This document shows positions 22,752-35,785 of a stretch of 64,000 bases of DNA, in pieces (position 1 is the stretch's first letter; the number at the start of each line of letters is the position of its first letter). Under the pieces are notes generated by a model. The model was not told the DNA's origin, did not search any database, and saw nothing but the letters and a program-made list of their open reading frames with translations. Location of the stretch: assembly GCA_040437565.1 (NCBI GenBank), contig JBDOQK010000025.1, forward strand, positions 62,001 through 126,000, read 5' to 3'. The stretch is from Albugo candida (lineage: Eukaryota). The translations under genes and the position numbers were made by a program.

Positions 22752-25700
22752 TCAAAATTTGCGTACTCGATCGAGACGCTCGCGAATTCGTTGCGTCTTT
22801 AACAGTGTCGAATGGCTCGATTCTTCAAAGGTCCCGTCATGAATTGATGCGTAATCGCTTGTGTTTGACTTTGGAGATGGCAGTGATGTCCCATGGAATA
22901 GACGTCGTGATACATTCTCATGCAAAGTATCGTTTTCATCTTGCGCTATTTCCTGAGAATTGCCATTACCCATAGACTGCAAAGAGTTCACGACGGTCGT
23001 ATTCAAGCCATTTGTTACTACAGACGTCTCTTTGGATGTAAGTACTCCATTTCGAGACAGTAGCGTTAATACTGGGGACGTGGACGGTAGATCTTGTACG
23101 CATTTTTGGAAGAAAGAAGGATTGACTTTTGAAATACTGGAAGCGATAATCAGTAGCGCCTCCTGCATTTTTTCATCTGCTCCGTGTGCTGCAAACATAT
23201 GACTTTGTGGAAGTGTTGCAAAGAAGGAATGCATTTGCATCAGCACTCCAAAGAGATTAACGCCTTCGAACGGAACCAATGCAGCCGCTTGCTGTTTTGA
23301 CACATGAACGAGAATCCTTCCTATCAACTGATCCAATGAGTCCTTCTTCATGAGATGATTGTAGCTATTGTAGGCACTGAAGTCGCCGACATCATTCCGA
23401 ATAATTCTCTGCAGCAGATTGATGATAGATGGAAATACTTCGCCGGCCTTGACACGTCCCAGAACATCCAATATCAGAATGTAGAGCGCACGAATAATCA
23501 TATAATGACGCTTTTTGTCAGGTGTGTCCAGCTGTTTGTCTGGGTGTTGAATCACATTCGGACAAGCATCTTGTAAGCAAGGATGTTGTAATGTTGAGCA
23601 GCCTACTAACAGCATCCGTTCAATCGTGTAGCGCTGCAAATGATCCGCAACAACACGATTCTTCAGCACTGCTCGCAACGTTGTAACACTTAGCGATAGC
23701 ACGCGCATTTGAATGTCGAAAGGCGGAAAAGCTTCCAAATGGGATACGATCTGATCGCTTTTGCGTTCTTGGAAGCTCACACGAATGCATTCACACAATT
23801 TCTGTACAATCTCATTCACAAAAGCTGTCAGAAATTCCACTTCATACGTATCGGACGGATAGCTTGCAATTGCGTAAAGCCCTTTCATTGCGTCAATACC
23901 ATTCTGTAATTCGACTTCGTCTTCCGTCAATTTGACGTCTTTTGTAATGAGTTTGCGCATTGGACGCATCAGTAGAGCCTCTACCCCATCGTTATCCGCT
24001 TGTGTATCTTCTGTATCCTCAGGGACAGGTGCGTCGATACTGTCGGTCTCTGGCAGACAATCGGACTGAGAGGCTGTGTTACAGTCGTGGGGGTCCATCA
24101 CGACGTCATCGTCATGTGCCAAGGACGTACTACCAACTGTAAAAGACGATTCCATTTCGATAGTTTCCCCCCGAGTCGCATCTTTGCCTCCACACTGACT
24201 CAAATGTGGCTGAGATCGCGGTTCATTTGGCGGCAAGTGCTTTATCTTGGCCCGAATCAAATCCATTCCTTGTTGTGTAGATACCTGAACGAGTCGAAAG
24301 AATCGTTCCAAATTGCCGTCTGTGCGGTAAAATGCCGCAACCATTGCATTGATCGCACATTCGCGTACATCGCGTTCATGTGCTGTCACCAGTTTGGCTA
24401 TCTCCCGTATGATTTTCTTCCCAACAGACGATACTTCCCGGTCGTTTGACAAAAGATATTCGACCATATCGATGCATTCACATCGGCTCTTCATATTTTT
24501 CGTCGTGTTGATACAATCCAATAGATACGATGCGTACTTCTCACACGGGAAGACATCGGATATCTGTCGTAAAAGCTCTCGATACCGAAGGCGGAAACGA
24601 GGTTTCGCATGGCCACTCTCTTGTAACACGAATGGTAAGAGAATTCCAGCTTCAGCTTCTCCCAATACGTATTTTCGCTTTTGTAAGAGTGTGAATAGCG
24701 ACACAAGTAGTTCCAATACTTTGGCCAGCGCTTGTACATTGTTGTCAACGATCCGTAATGTGATCCATTTGAACATGAGATCCAGCACGGAAATGATTTC
24801 GTCAGGCTGTTGCATCAAACACGTGAGGAGATTGGATATGCCCGCCATCATTCCTTTCTCAAGAGATTCAGCAAACAATTGATCTGCCAGTTCACGAGAG
24901 CAATAAGGTCGCCAATCCGACTCGATTTCTGATTTTCGAGTGTTCATTTCTGACTGCGATGTTGAGTCAAAGATCCATCGACTGTATTGGGCTTTAGCTA
25001 ATCTTGCTGCTTTTTGAATCTCGCTACATCGAGAAAGCGAGACTCCTTCGTTGATCGATTCTCGACCTCCTTGTGCTTTCTCTGACTCCTCTGTCGAGTC
25101 TTTGGGAGTGCTAACTCGTACCTCTACCGATCGACGAAGTGATCGACCAGCTCGAAGAGCACCTAACCGACCGCCATGTTGTCGAATGCCACGTAAGGAC
25201 TTGATTCCAGACGACATAGTGGCTTCATTTTCATGCTGAAAGCTGTCATCATTGTTACTGCTGGTAGATAGTGCTTGCATCGTAATGTCTTCTTCTTGTT
25301 CCTGATTTATTGCATTGGCTCGTGCTTCCGTAACCGATTCCATGAGCTTGAGAATTAGTGGTTGTAAGGTACGCATCTTCGCCGGTTTGATATCGCGACA
25401 TNNNNNNNNNNNNNNNNNNNNNNNNNNNNNNNNNNNNNNNNNNNNNNNNNNNNNNNNNNNNNNNNNNNNNNNNNNNNNNNNNNNNNNNNNNNNNNNNNNN
25501 NATGCCACGTAAGGACTTGATTCCAGACGACATAGTGGCTTCATTTTCATGCTGAAAGCTGTCATCATTGTTACTGCTGGTAGATAGTGCTTGCATCGTA
25601 ATGTCTTCTTCTTGTTCCTGATTTATTGCATTGGCTCGTGCTTCCGTAACCGATTCCATGAGCTTGAGAATTAGTGGTTGTAAGGTACGCATCTTCGCCG

Positions 25701-28700
25701 GTTTGATATCGCGACATCCGACTGACAAAACAGTTTGTACTCCAACCGATCGAAGTACTTCAAGAAGCAATTGCTGAGCTTTTTCACGCGTTTCTGGAGA
25801 TCGATCGAGTAAGCATTGAACTGTTGGAACTATCAGTACGGTCAGATCCATTGGTCGTTGCGTTTGCTGTTCCGAGCAGCTTTTCAAATTCTCGGCCGCC
25901 CAATTGAGAACATCGGCACGTCCAACCGGATTCAATAGTTGCTCCGACAGCGGAAGTAGGAGACTTTCCATACATCCGATCGATGTGATCGATTGATGTT
26001 TGACCCAACGCTGGAGAGTATCGAGCGATGCGGTCTGCAGGTTCTTCTTATTATCAGAGCATCCATTTAAAAGTGTCGGCCCTAAAAGCTTGGAGAATTT
26101 CGCTATTTCAGGTCCGATACTGGTGGCAAGTATTCCGATAACTTGAGCGGCTTTCACCTTCAAATTGGCATTGGAATCGCTCAGTCGAGGTTTCAGTGCT
26201 CGTATCAATTCCCCCACACTTTTCGTGAATTCAATCGCACAGCCCGTTTGCTCGCAAATACTTTGCACCGATTCCATTGCCACAAGTCTTTTTTTCCATG
26301 CTGCTTTATCATCTTCACACTTGAGATCACTCAACAGCTCTTTTGTTATCAGGTTGCTGATATCTTGACGACCAAATACGTCCATCACACTCGTTTCTGT
26401 GTTTTTCTTGCGGTTGGAAGAGCGTCGGACATTTCCACTCTCATCAGGCGTCTCCTTACATGAGCCACGAGCACTTCGAACGACGCTGTCCATGGCTGCA
26501 GACGCATCATATCCGGTTTTCTCAAATTCTTTCTCGGCCAAAGTCGCCAATGCCGGCTTCCAAGTGTCTAATTGAAGTATCGGTAGAATTGCTGGGCCTA
26601 CCTGCCTGTACATTGTCCCTAATAAAGCGATCGAAGCACTTCGACATTTCGCGTTCGACGATTCCAGGCCTTGTGTGCCCTTGATGTACTCAACCAAAGC
26701 TCGAGGACCACAATGTGCCATTCCAAAATCTTTGATGAGCGTCGATATGACTTCAACAACTTCAATATGCACCAGCGGCGATTTTGTCAAAGTTATATGC
26801 GCAAGAATGCAACTGACGACATATTCTGGATGTGTGGCTTCACTGAATGCGACAATCATTCGTCGGACTGTGTCGGATACTTTACGATCACTGAGTTTAT
26901 CGACTGAAGGCGGAAGTAGCATTGACACGATACTTTTGGGGAAACGAGACGAATGAGATGCCAAACTGCCAATCGCTTGGAATGTGCTTTTTAATACATT
27001 GATATTGCTGTCTTTAAAGTCTTTGGTGTGTGCTGAGAGATAACAGACAAAACCTTCCAATACGCGAAAGCTCAGGTTCTGTGTCGCTGCAAATGCTTCG
27101 AGTAATTCGATCGCATGTTTGCGTTCGGTCCATTTGGTACTCGCGATTTCTGCTTGGATTGTTGGCCAGTCCGCGCCGATAACTTCAGAAAGTATGTCTT
27201 CCGATTCTTCCGCGGTCATCGAAGCCTTTCCGCTTGACTCCGTGACACTTCCACTGCTTGGTGCGTTTGGAACAAGATGAGTAGCACTCGTATTGCTTGC
27301 TGGTGCTTTCTTTCCTCCCAGGGTAGATCTTCTCCTCGTAGTGCTTCCTGTGCTTTTCGACTCTTTATCCAGTACCGATTTCATATTCGTATCGCAATCT
27401 GCCACAGACGTGCTTGCATTTCCACAGCGTAAATAATGTAAAAATGGGATGGTCATTCGCCTTTAATGTGGCCTTGATACAAACCAAACACTAGGTAGCT
27501 AACAAGATTTGATCAGAGTCCAGGCATCACTTCTCCTGCAATGTGAATGTAGATGCGCATAATAAATTTTACTAATATGTGAGGGTTACTCAATCCATTG
27601 AAAACGTCAATGTGTTTTACCATGGGAGGATGTTTGACTCGATTATCTTCATAAGACGTCCGATTCCACATAAGAAGACATATGAATTCAATTGTTTATT
27701 GTCGGACTAATCTAGGCAAGCTGGCTTAGAGAGTTTCGCCTCCATCCCGTGGAGTTGGTTAATCTGCCATCATCGTTCTTCCTTTAACCGCTCGTATTCC
27801 TATCCTCCAGCGGTTTTACCGCCACGCATGCTGCATTCATCACAATGAATATTTGTAAGCCTTCACATATTTGGCTTCTGTACTGATAACTCCCATCGCC
27901 GAAGATTTGAAAGGTGCAAACACAAAAGGCTCGATTGAATAGTCTGCGAGCGACGAAGCATCTCCGCAATGAGATGTTCCCGAGTTCATTTTCAGTACTT
28001 TTTATGTGTGGAAAAGATTGTTAGACAATTCTGTTAGTGTATGAAAGAAAGTCATCATCGATTGCATACATTTCCGACTCTCCCGCTTGCACGCTTCTGT
28101 TCTCAAGTAGCNNNNNNNNNNNNNNNNNNNNNNNNNNNNNNNNNNNNNNNNNNNNNNNNNNNNNNNNNNNNNNNNNNNNNNNNNNNNNNNNNNNNNNNNN
28201 NNNNNNNNNNNCTTGGTGCGTTTGGAACAAGATGAGTAGCACTCGTATTGCTTGCTGGTGCTTTCTTTCCTCCCAGGGTAGATCTTCTCCTCGTAGTGCT
28301 TCCTGTGCTTTTCGGCTCTTTATCCGGTACCGATTTCATATTCGTATCGCAATCTGCCACAGACGTGCTTGCATTTCCACTTGCAGCTAAACCCGCTTCG
28401 ATAGCTTTATAAGCTCGTATGTTTGATTTGGAGATAGCAGCGAGTTGTTGCTGTAAAGCTGATGAGCCGTTGGTCACATTGTAGAGCCTAACAATAGCTT
28501 CCACCGCTGCTTTTCGGACAGTTGGATCAACGTCCTCAGATGTCTGACAGAGCATCTGCCCACATGTCGTGAATATCGCGTTTTGTTGCTCAGTCTCAAG
28601 ATTAGTGACATAAGCGGTCATGACGCAATTCTCGGCACCGTCTTGATCCTCTGTAGAAATCAAACTTCTCTCTATAAACCGCAGGGTCTGGACTCTTGCT

Positions 28701-30376
28701 TGAGGCGCCTTATTTTTCATCGGATCTACCCAAGTGCGTAGGTCCTCCATCTGCTGATCCAATGGTATGACGTGTTTTTGTATGATGTCCAGTGCTAAAT
28801 TGGTCGCCTGAAGAATAATTGTCTTCTTATCCGACAATTTACTCATCAGAATTGGCACAAATGCGCGGGCGTAGTGAGTAAATTGTCTTCTAAGACCATC
28901 CGCGAGGGCACCAACGACTTCGAATGACGTAGCAACAATATTCACATTAGAATCTTGGCTCAAAAGCTTGAGTGTCGCCACAAGATCGCCATAATCACCA
29001 TTAGCGAGCTTCGGCACCGGTCCAATTACTTCGAGAACGATTTTAAGAGCTGCTACTTTATCCTTCCATTTTGTGGACCCGATCTTCGCTTTGTATTCTG
29101 TCTTTGCCAGCTTTTCCGTCAGATTAACGGCATCTACAAAGTCACGTGGATCCATAGCCGAAGTTTCGGGTAAGACGCTCTTCGACTTGATTGTATTTCG
29201 TCGACTGGTATTACTACTTTTCCCGATTTCGCCTTTTGGAGCCATTCCTTTCACGTGCTTGGCTGGCTGAGCGCTACCCGGAACAACATCTTTAGTAAGA
29301 GCTTCGTACTCTGTTTGCTGCGCATGCCGAAGGTTGGACACGATATCTTGAATCACGACTGGTCCAGTCCAGCGATGAATCTCTACCAGGAGTTTGAGAG
29401 CAAGAGGACGCACATTGTTCACTGTCGATTCACAAAGATTTGGTAATGCGCTCTTTAGTGCTGGAATTGAGATAATACGGGGTCCAAATAGCTGTAAAGC
29501 TTGCAGTAGACTCGATACGCATGCAGGAGGTACTTTTGGCTTTTTATGCTTTGTTCCTTCGATGAGAGCTTGCACGGTTTCTTCTGTAGCTCCATTTTCG
29601 ATAAGTTTTGGAATCAAAGACTCACACAACGTGATCGTTGTTGGTCGACCTGAGAAGCCTTTGTCGATAACTCCCTTCATTAAGCTTGGTACAATCGAAT
29701 TCTGCAAAGAATTTGTGTTCTCAACATAGCTCGTGACAGCTTGAAGCCCCGCGTCCAAAGCGCTCGCATTTGAATCCTGACAGAGTTTCTCGAGATGACA
29801 TAAAAGAGAGCTCGTGGCAGAATCATTGAATGGTTTTGTTTTCCAAATAAGATTTATCTTCTCATACGCTTCTTTGCGCACTTTCCAGTTTTTATCACTC
29901 ACTTTTGCGACAATTTGAGAAATAGTTCCCTCATCAATTTTGTCTGCTGGAGGGTCTGTGAGGTTGGAGGGAGCGGGTGGTGTATTTTGACTCATATTGA
30001 TATCGCTTTCCAGTGCACGCGCTGGTTCTGATTTTTCGGACACTGTGGATGTTGTATTGCGATTTTGCCGCATATTGGACCCTTTCTTTTCTTTGTCGGC
30101 TATTTCCATAGCGACGTCTTCTTTTCTATTGGTTCCCATTTGAGCTCTGTTTATGGGTATAAATGGGCTATTCTGCACTTTTCCCGTGATTTTAGAGTGC
30201 GGTGATGCTGTAATTTGTGTGCTTGATACCGCATCGATTTGCATGTTTTCCTCTTCGTTGACGTACTGCACGGTGGAACTTATGGATTTGGATATGCTTT
30301 GAAGCATCTCAATATCCTCTCCCATGCAAAGTTTGCATTTACAACTCATATTTCGAAGACATTTGTCGTCGCTCAT
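22752..30376 (-). CDS. CKAP5: XMAP215/ch-TOG/MOR1 TOG-domain microtubule polymerase (~2117 aa after removing gap duplications)
   Basis: TOG HEAT-A motifs KNWKVRKEA, TKWKDKVAA, TKWTERKHA, AAWKKRLVA, plus KHKKPKV, DSNVNIV, DSNINV, DSNANL, DNNVQAL. Removing offsets of 955 and 316 bp gives 6354 nt in a single intronless frame. Confidence 0.93.
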
Positions 30377-30610
30377 AATTATCGATTTGGTGGCTCGTTA
30401 TTTGTCCTTTTCCTTTTGTAATGATTCAATGCAATATTATGGCCAATGACTACCGTATTGTGGTTCTTATCAGCCAATCATGGACATCAACTTTGTGGAA
30501 TCATCAACGAGAAATACCTACTTCATGTAGCTACACTACTTTGCTAGGAATCATTATTAGAGTGGGTACACTGCTATCGGAAATAAATCACTGGCGATAC
30601 GTCTTTCAAT

Positions 30611-33039
30611 ATGTTACGGCAAAGCATCAAACGATTTCTATCTTCTAATGGACGATGCACAAAACATCCATTGACTTTAGCATTCGAGAACCAAACTCGA
30701 AGGTCCCTTCATACCTTCTGCCCATTCCCAAAATCATCACTTGCCTGGAAGAGAAATAATGAAAGCGTTTGTCATGTCAACCAGATTCAATCACAATGCT
30801 TTACCAATGCCAGCAACTTACAAGGTTAACGTTGCAATAATTTCTCAATGCAATTGGTCTCTCACTTTCTTATGCAGTTGATCGTCACGAATTCCAAGCT
30901 GAAACTCGACAGCTTTTAGATATTGTGACCCACTCTATTTACACCGATAAAGAAGTATTTGTGCGAGAATTAATTTCCAATGCATCGGATGCGCTTGAAA
31001 AGCTTCGGCATTTGCAAGCTACAGGAGAAAACATTCTCAATCCCGAAATCGAGCCAAAAATCATCATCAATACCGACGAGAATGAGAATACAATAAGTAT
31101 TTGGGACACAGGAGTGGGGATGAAAAAGACAGAATTAATTGACAATCTGGGAACCATTGCTCGATCTGGTTCTAAAGCCTTCCTGGATCAGATCAAAAGT
31201 GCGGTAAGCTACTAAACACACCATTCCGCGTCTGGAGATACTCATTATGTCATGAAAAAGTCTTCAGGGGACTCCAGTGCAGCCGCAAGTGGTATCATTG
31301 GAAAGTTTGGTGTGGGCTTTTACTCTGGCTTCATGGTAGCAGATAAAATCCAGGTGATTTCGCGATCCGCATTGGATGGCGACTGTAATGTTTGGCAGTC
31401 TGACGGAAGTGGTTCCTTCCAAATTCGTCCATGTGGAGATGATGAAATAATCCAACGCGGCTGTAAAATTATCATCAACTTGAAAGACACATGCAAAGAA
31501 TTTGCCAAATCGAATCGCATTGAAAGAATCATTCGCCAGTATTCGAATTTCGTGTCATTCCCAATATCTCTGAATGATAAAACTGTCAATATAATCCAAG
31601 CGCTATGGACCAAAAGCGAGAGTGAAGTGACCGACAAAGAGTACTCTGAATTTTACAAATTTGTTGCAAACGCTTTCGATGAACCTATGTATCGACTCAA
31701 TTTCCGAACGGATGCTCCAATCGAACTGAAAGCATTGCTCTTTGTTGGTGCAACACACACGGAAAAATTTGGAAATGCGTACATGCACCCTGGTGTCAGC
31801 GTGTATTCCCGCAAAGTCTTGATTGAACGCAACTCCAAAGGTATTCTTCCAGAATGGCTTCGGTTTATGCGTGGTGTTGTCGACAGTGAGGATCTTCCGT
31901 TGAGCTTATCCCGAGAGACGATGCAAGATAGCCGTATGGTGCAGAAAATCAGAGACGTTCTTGTCCGTCGTATCATTCGTTTCTTTCAGCAACAGGTACG
32001 TCAAATGTTTGTTGTTACACCATCATTCGGCTTAAGTTTCCTCATACAGGCTATCAAGGAGCCTGAAAAGTACACCGAATTCTACAAAGAGTTCAATGCG
32101 TTCATTAAAGAAGGTGTATGCACGGATTTCAAGCATAAAACGGATTTGGCCAAATTACTGCGTTACGAATCGAGCCATTTGGAAGGCGGTGCATTGTGCT
32201 CTCTTGATGAGTATGTCTCGCGTAGTCCACCGGATCAAGAGGAAATATATTACCTTTGCTCGCCATCTCGCGCACTCGCTGAAGCTTCACCTTACTATGA
32301 GATGTTCAAGTACGTCTATTGATCTTGATGCTGTATGCTCGTGGAGTCTGATCTCTTTGTCAATAGGAAAGCGAATAAAGAAGTTCTTTTTGTGACTCAA
32401 TCCATCGACGATTTTGTGATGACAAACCTGACCGAATTCAATGGACGGAAGATCATTGCAGCAGAAAAAGCAAAATTAGATCTGGAGGTGTCTGAAGACG
32501 ATGAGAGCATTCCAAAGTTGTCAGATGAAGAGCAAAAGGAGTTTTTTGACTGGCTTGGTGACATTTTGAAGCAAAGTGTGAAAGAAGTCAATGTACGACA
32601 TTTTCCTATTCTCTTCGAAACGACTCAGCACTGAATTCTTCATCCGTATAGGCCACATCACGTCTGACTGATTCACCTGCAGTCATTTCTGACCACGATT
32701 CCAGTGCATTACGAAAGTACGTAGCTTCTCTTATCGGTTGATGCTTTACCTCATTTCCTGCTTGAATGTAGGATGATGAATATGGTCAATCACGAAACGG
32801 GACAGTCGATGCCACCCATGTCCAAGCACAAATTTGAGATCAATCCTCGCCATCCAATTATACTCAATCTGAATCGTTTACGTCAATTCAATCCACCATT
32901 AGCGGAAAAAGTAGCACGTCAAGTGTACGACAATGCAGCCGTTGCTGCTGGTCTAGTGGATGATGGGCGTAGTCTACTGACAAACATGAATGGGCTCCTC
33001 AATGATCTGCTGCATCAATGTCTGGCTGACAAAAAGTAG
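30611..33039 (+). CDS. TRAP1: Mitochondrial HSP90 (TRAP1/HSP75), 7 exons
   Basis: Transit-like N-terminus; [86 protein letters not shown]. Introns at 30825-30877, 31204-31260, 31996-32049, 32310-32366, 32593-32651 and 32717-32771. Confidence 0.95.
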
Positions 33040-33105
33040 CCTCTAAACTTCCCTTTATTAATATCTGATTATACATGTGGTATCAGAAATAGAAATTGTG
33101 AGAGG

Positions 33106-33603
33106 TCATTGTGGCGCGTTTCGTTGTAGGATCTGCTTTTGATGCTTTAATAAATAACAGACAGCGGCGCGTGACACCCCGAATTCTTTCGCTAAATGCG
33201 CTTGTTTCTCTCCGGCTGAAACGCGCCGTACAATTTCACAGCGATCTCGTTGCCGTAGATACTTTCTCCGATCTTGTTTTTTCATCAGTACCGACTGATG
33301 CCCCGCTTCATTCCACTTGTATCGGTACAGACAATGCGAATATATCGATCGAAAGGTTTTCTCAATTGGTTCCCACGAGAACAAAATTTCTTCCGAATCA
33401 CCTTTCCCGCTGCTTGGATGTGGTTTTTCCCAAACTAAGATATGACTTGAAAGTGATTCGTGATCAAGCGGCGCAATTTTCGGCTTTTTGATTGAATCTT
33501 TGCGAACCTCATTCCGATCAAATGCGTGTTGACGAGCGTGATCCAGGAAGTACTGAAATTTTGGTAATGGAGAGATCATTATCATGACAGTCGAACCAAT
33601 CAA
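33106..33603 (-). CDS. Small protein with a C-terminal CENP-B N-terminal/psq-type helix-turn-helix
   Basis: RRKYLRQRDRCEIVRRVSAGEKQAHLAKEFGVSRAAVCYLLKH at the C-terminus; no transposase DDE domain follows. Confidence 0.75.
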   Translation of the reverse strand: MIGSTVMIMISPLPKFQYFLDHARQHAFDRNEVRKDSIKKPKIAPLDHESLSSHILVWEKPHPSSGKGDSEEILFSWEPIEKTFRSIYSHCLYRYKWNEAGHQSVLMKKQDRRKYLRQRDRCEIVRRVSAGEKQAHLAKEFGVSRAAVCYLLKHQKQILQRNAPQ

Positions 33604-33886
33604 TAATTTTGTGACTCATGTGGAAAAGATCGGTTAGGTGTTGGACACAGTCATTGGGAGATGGTCCGGTCGCAAAGACACGACATGGCTTGGCTCACAG
33701 AAGCGCTCTATTGACGGTTTCTTTTTACAAAATTATAACATTTATGCTCTTCAATGATCAATTCTATATACATGCTTACTCTTGTAATATCAATATGTAG
33801 ATTGATCCGAACGTTAGTCAAGAATGACGTACATTTGTTTTTAACGGGATCGTTCGAGTTAAAGCGCAAAAATAACGCATCGAGAA

Positions 33887-35566
33887 ATGTTGAAGCGTAC
33901 GTCACGATATTTAATTCAATCTCATGCTAAGAGAACTTCTCTATCACAAATACGATTAAAGACTACTCAGTCATCGAGTCACAAGTTTTCCAATTCAAAA
34001 TTTGGAATCGGTATTCTTGAATTAACGTCAGAAGAGTTGGCAGCCGAAGAAGAGCTTATTCAGGCGTTACCTGATTTTCAGCTTGCAGTAGACATTTTGC
34101 ATGGCTCTTCTACCAGCAATAAGGAAGGGCGTGGANNNNNNNNNNNNNNNNNNNNNNNNNNNNNNNNNNNNNNNNNNNNNNNNNNNNNNNNNNNNNNNNN
34201 NNNNNNNNNNNNNNNNNNNNNNNNNNNNNNNNNNNTATCACAAATACGATTAAAGACTACTCAGTCATCGAGTCACAAGTTTTCCAATTCAAAATTTGGA
34301 ATCGGTATTCTTGAATTAACGTCAGAAGAGTTGGCAGCCGAAGAAGAGCTTATTCAGGCGTTACCTGATTTTCAGCTTGCAGTAGACATTTTGCATGGCT
34401 CTTCTACCAGCAATAAGGAAGGGCGTGGAATGCCTTCACTTTTCCAGAAAGTGATCTTGGCTGTTCCTCATTTAGAGCGAACAGCTGAAATATGTCGTTC
34501 CTCGATGGGAAATCAAAATCCCTTTTATTTGGTTCCTTTGAGATATTTAAGCCTCGCATACTTTATTCAAGGGAAATATTCGCTTGCGAATAAGATTATG
34601 CAGGAAAGAGGGGAGACGATGAATTGGCCAATCGCAGAACAAGAACGAATGTTACGTTTACAATTGCGTCAAAACTGTCATAAAATCAGCACTGAGGTAG
34701 CAAAATTGGACACTTTGAAAGCACTGTATCCAAACGACGATCTGATACCTTTGAGATGGACGACTTATACGCTGATTGCAGAGTACCTTCAGTCGGGACC
34801 AAAGAAATTAGATATTATGGATCCCCTTTATGCAGAGGCTGTTGAGAAGTTACGGCGCAAAAAGGATGTCGTAAAGAAGGAACAAGAGCTCAAGCCAAAG
34901 TCTGTTGCTGAATTGGAGTCTCTCAATCGACAGGTTCCATTTTTACTGTCGCAATTTGCGTCTCTTTGTTATGTGGTAACAGATTCGTCGCAATGTACGA
35001 CCAAAGCGATGGGAGAAAACACGACGTTGTATTTGGATCAAGCAGAAGTGCTATGGAAAGAGGCGTTGAATTGGGCGGATCAATATGTCGAGGATGCTGA
35101 GAATGAGAACAACAAGAGATTCCGAATATGCGTGCAAACAAATTTGGGCGAAGTCTGTTTGATCAAGAACAAACCAGAAGAAGGCATTGAGTTTTTAGAA
35201 ACAGCTTTACACTTGTACCGGGACTCAGCGTTTGACAGCGATCTTGTTCTTGCTCGGATATTAGGACGACTTGCAGAAGGTTATCACGCGTTACAGCAAC
35301 CAGTGAATAGCGAGGGTTTATTTCAAAGCGCTGTGCAAGCATATGATAAAATGCCTTTCCTCTCGATGACTCATCAGATGGAATACGCTGGAATTTCACG
35401 TAAGTTTGGCAAGCTATTGCAAGCTTGGGACAAGCGCGATACCGACGCCAAAATTCGCTTCGCTAAAGCCGATACCATCGACCAAGAAATGAAAAAGCAG
35501 TTGGAAAGTACTGAATGCAAGTATCCTTTCCATTCAGCGTTTTACCTACCTCTCGATGGACTCTAA
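33887..35566 (+). CDS. TPR-like helical repeat protein, probably mitochondrial (~461 aa after removing a 294-bp gap duplication)
   Basis: Basic, Ser/Thr-rich N-terminus. TPR-like motifs YLSLAYFIQGKYSLA, NLGEVCLIKNKPEEGIEFLETAL, LAEGYHALQQPVNSEGLFQSA. Confidence 0.75.
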   Translation: MLKRTSRYLIQSHAKRTSLSQIRLKTTQSSSHKFSNSKFGIGILELTSEELAAEEELIQALPDFQLAVDILHGSSTSNKEGRGXXXXXXXXXXXXXXXXXXXXXXXXXXXXXXXXXXSQIRLKTTQSSSHKFSNSKFGIGILELTSEELAAEEELIQALPDFQLAVDILHGSSTSNKEGRGMPSLFQKVILAVPHLERTAEICRSSMGNQNPFYLVPLRYLSLAYFIQGKYSLANKIMQERGETMNWPIAEQERMLRLQLRQNCHKISTEVAKLDTLKALYPNDDLIPLRWTTYTLIAEYLQSGPKKLDIMDPLYAEAVEKLRRKKDVVKKEQELKPKSVAELESLNRQVPFLLSQFASLCYVVTDSSQCTTKAMGENTTLYLDQAEVLWKEALNWADQYVEDAENENNKRFRICVQTNLGEVCLIKNKPEEGIEFLETALHLYRDSAFDSDLVLARILGRLAEGYHALQQPVNSEGLFQSAVQAYDKMPFLSMTHQMEYAGISRKFGKLLQAWDKRDTDAKIRFAKADTIDQEMKKQLESTECKYPFHSAFYLPLDGL

Positions 35567-35785
35567 AGTAGCGTGTATGGAAATACAACTTTTTCGGACA
35601 GATTGGAACGCAGGCGAGTCACTTGATTCAGTGAGCATATAATGGAGGTTAATTCCATTGATCTTGCTATTTATTTTTTACAAATACAAAGTTTACACCC
35701 GCTGATGGATTACTTCCCCGATTCATTGTATTTGCTTCGTATCTTCAAGCTCCTGGATAACGACTCTGGCAGCCTTGTGGGTAAG

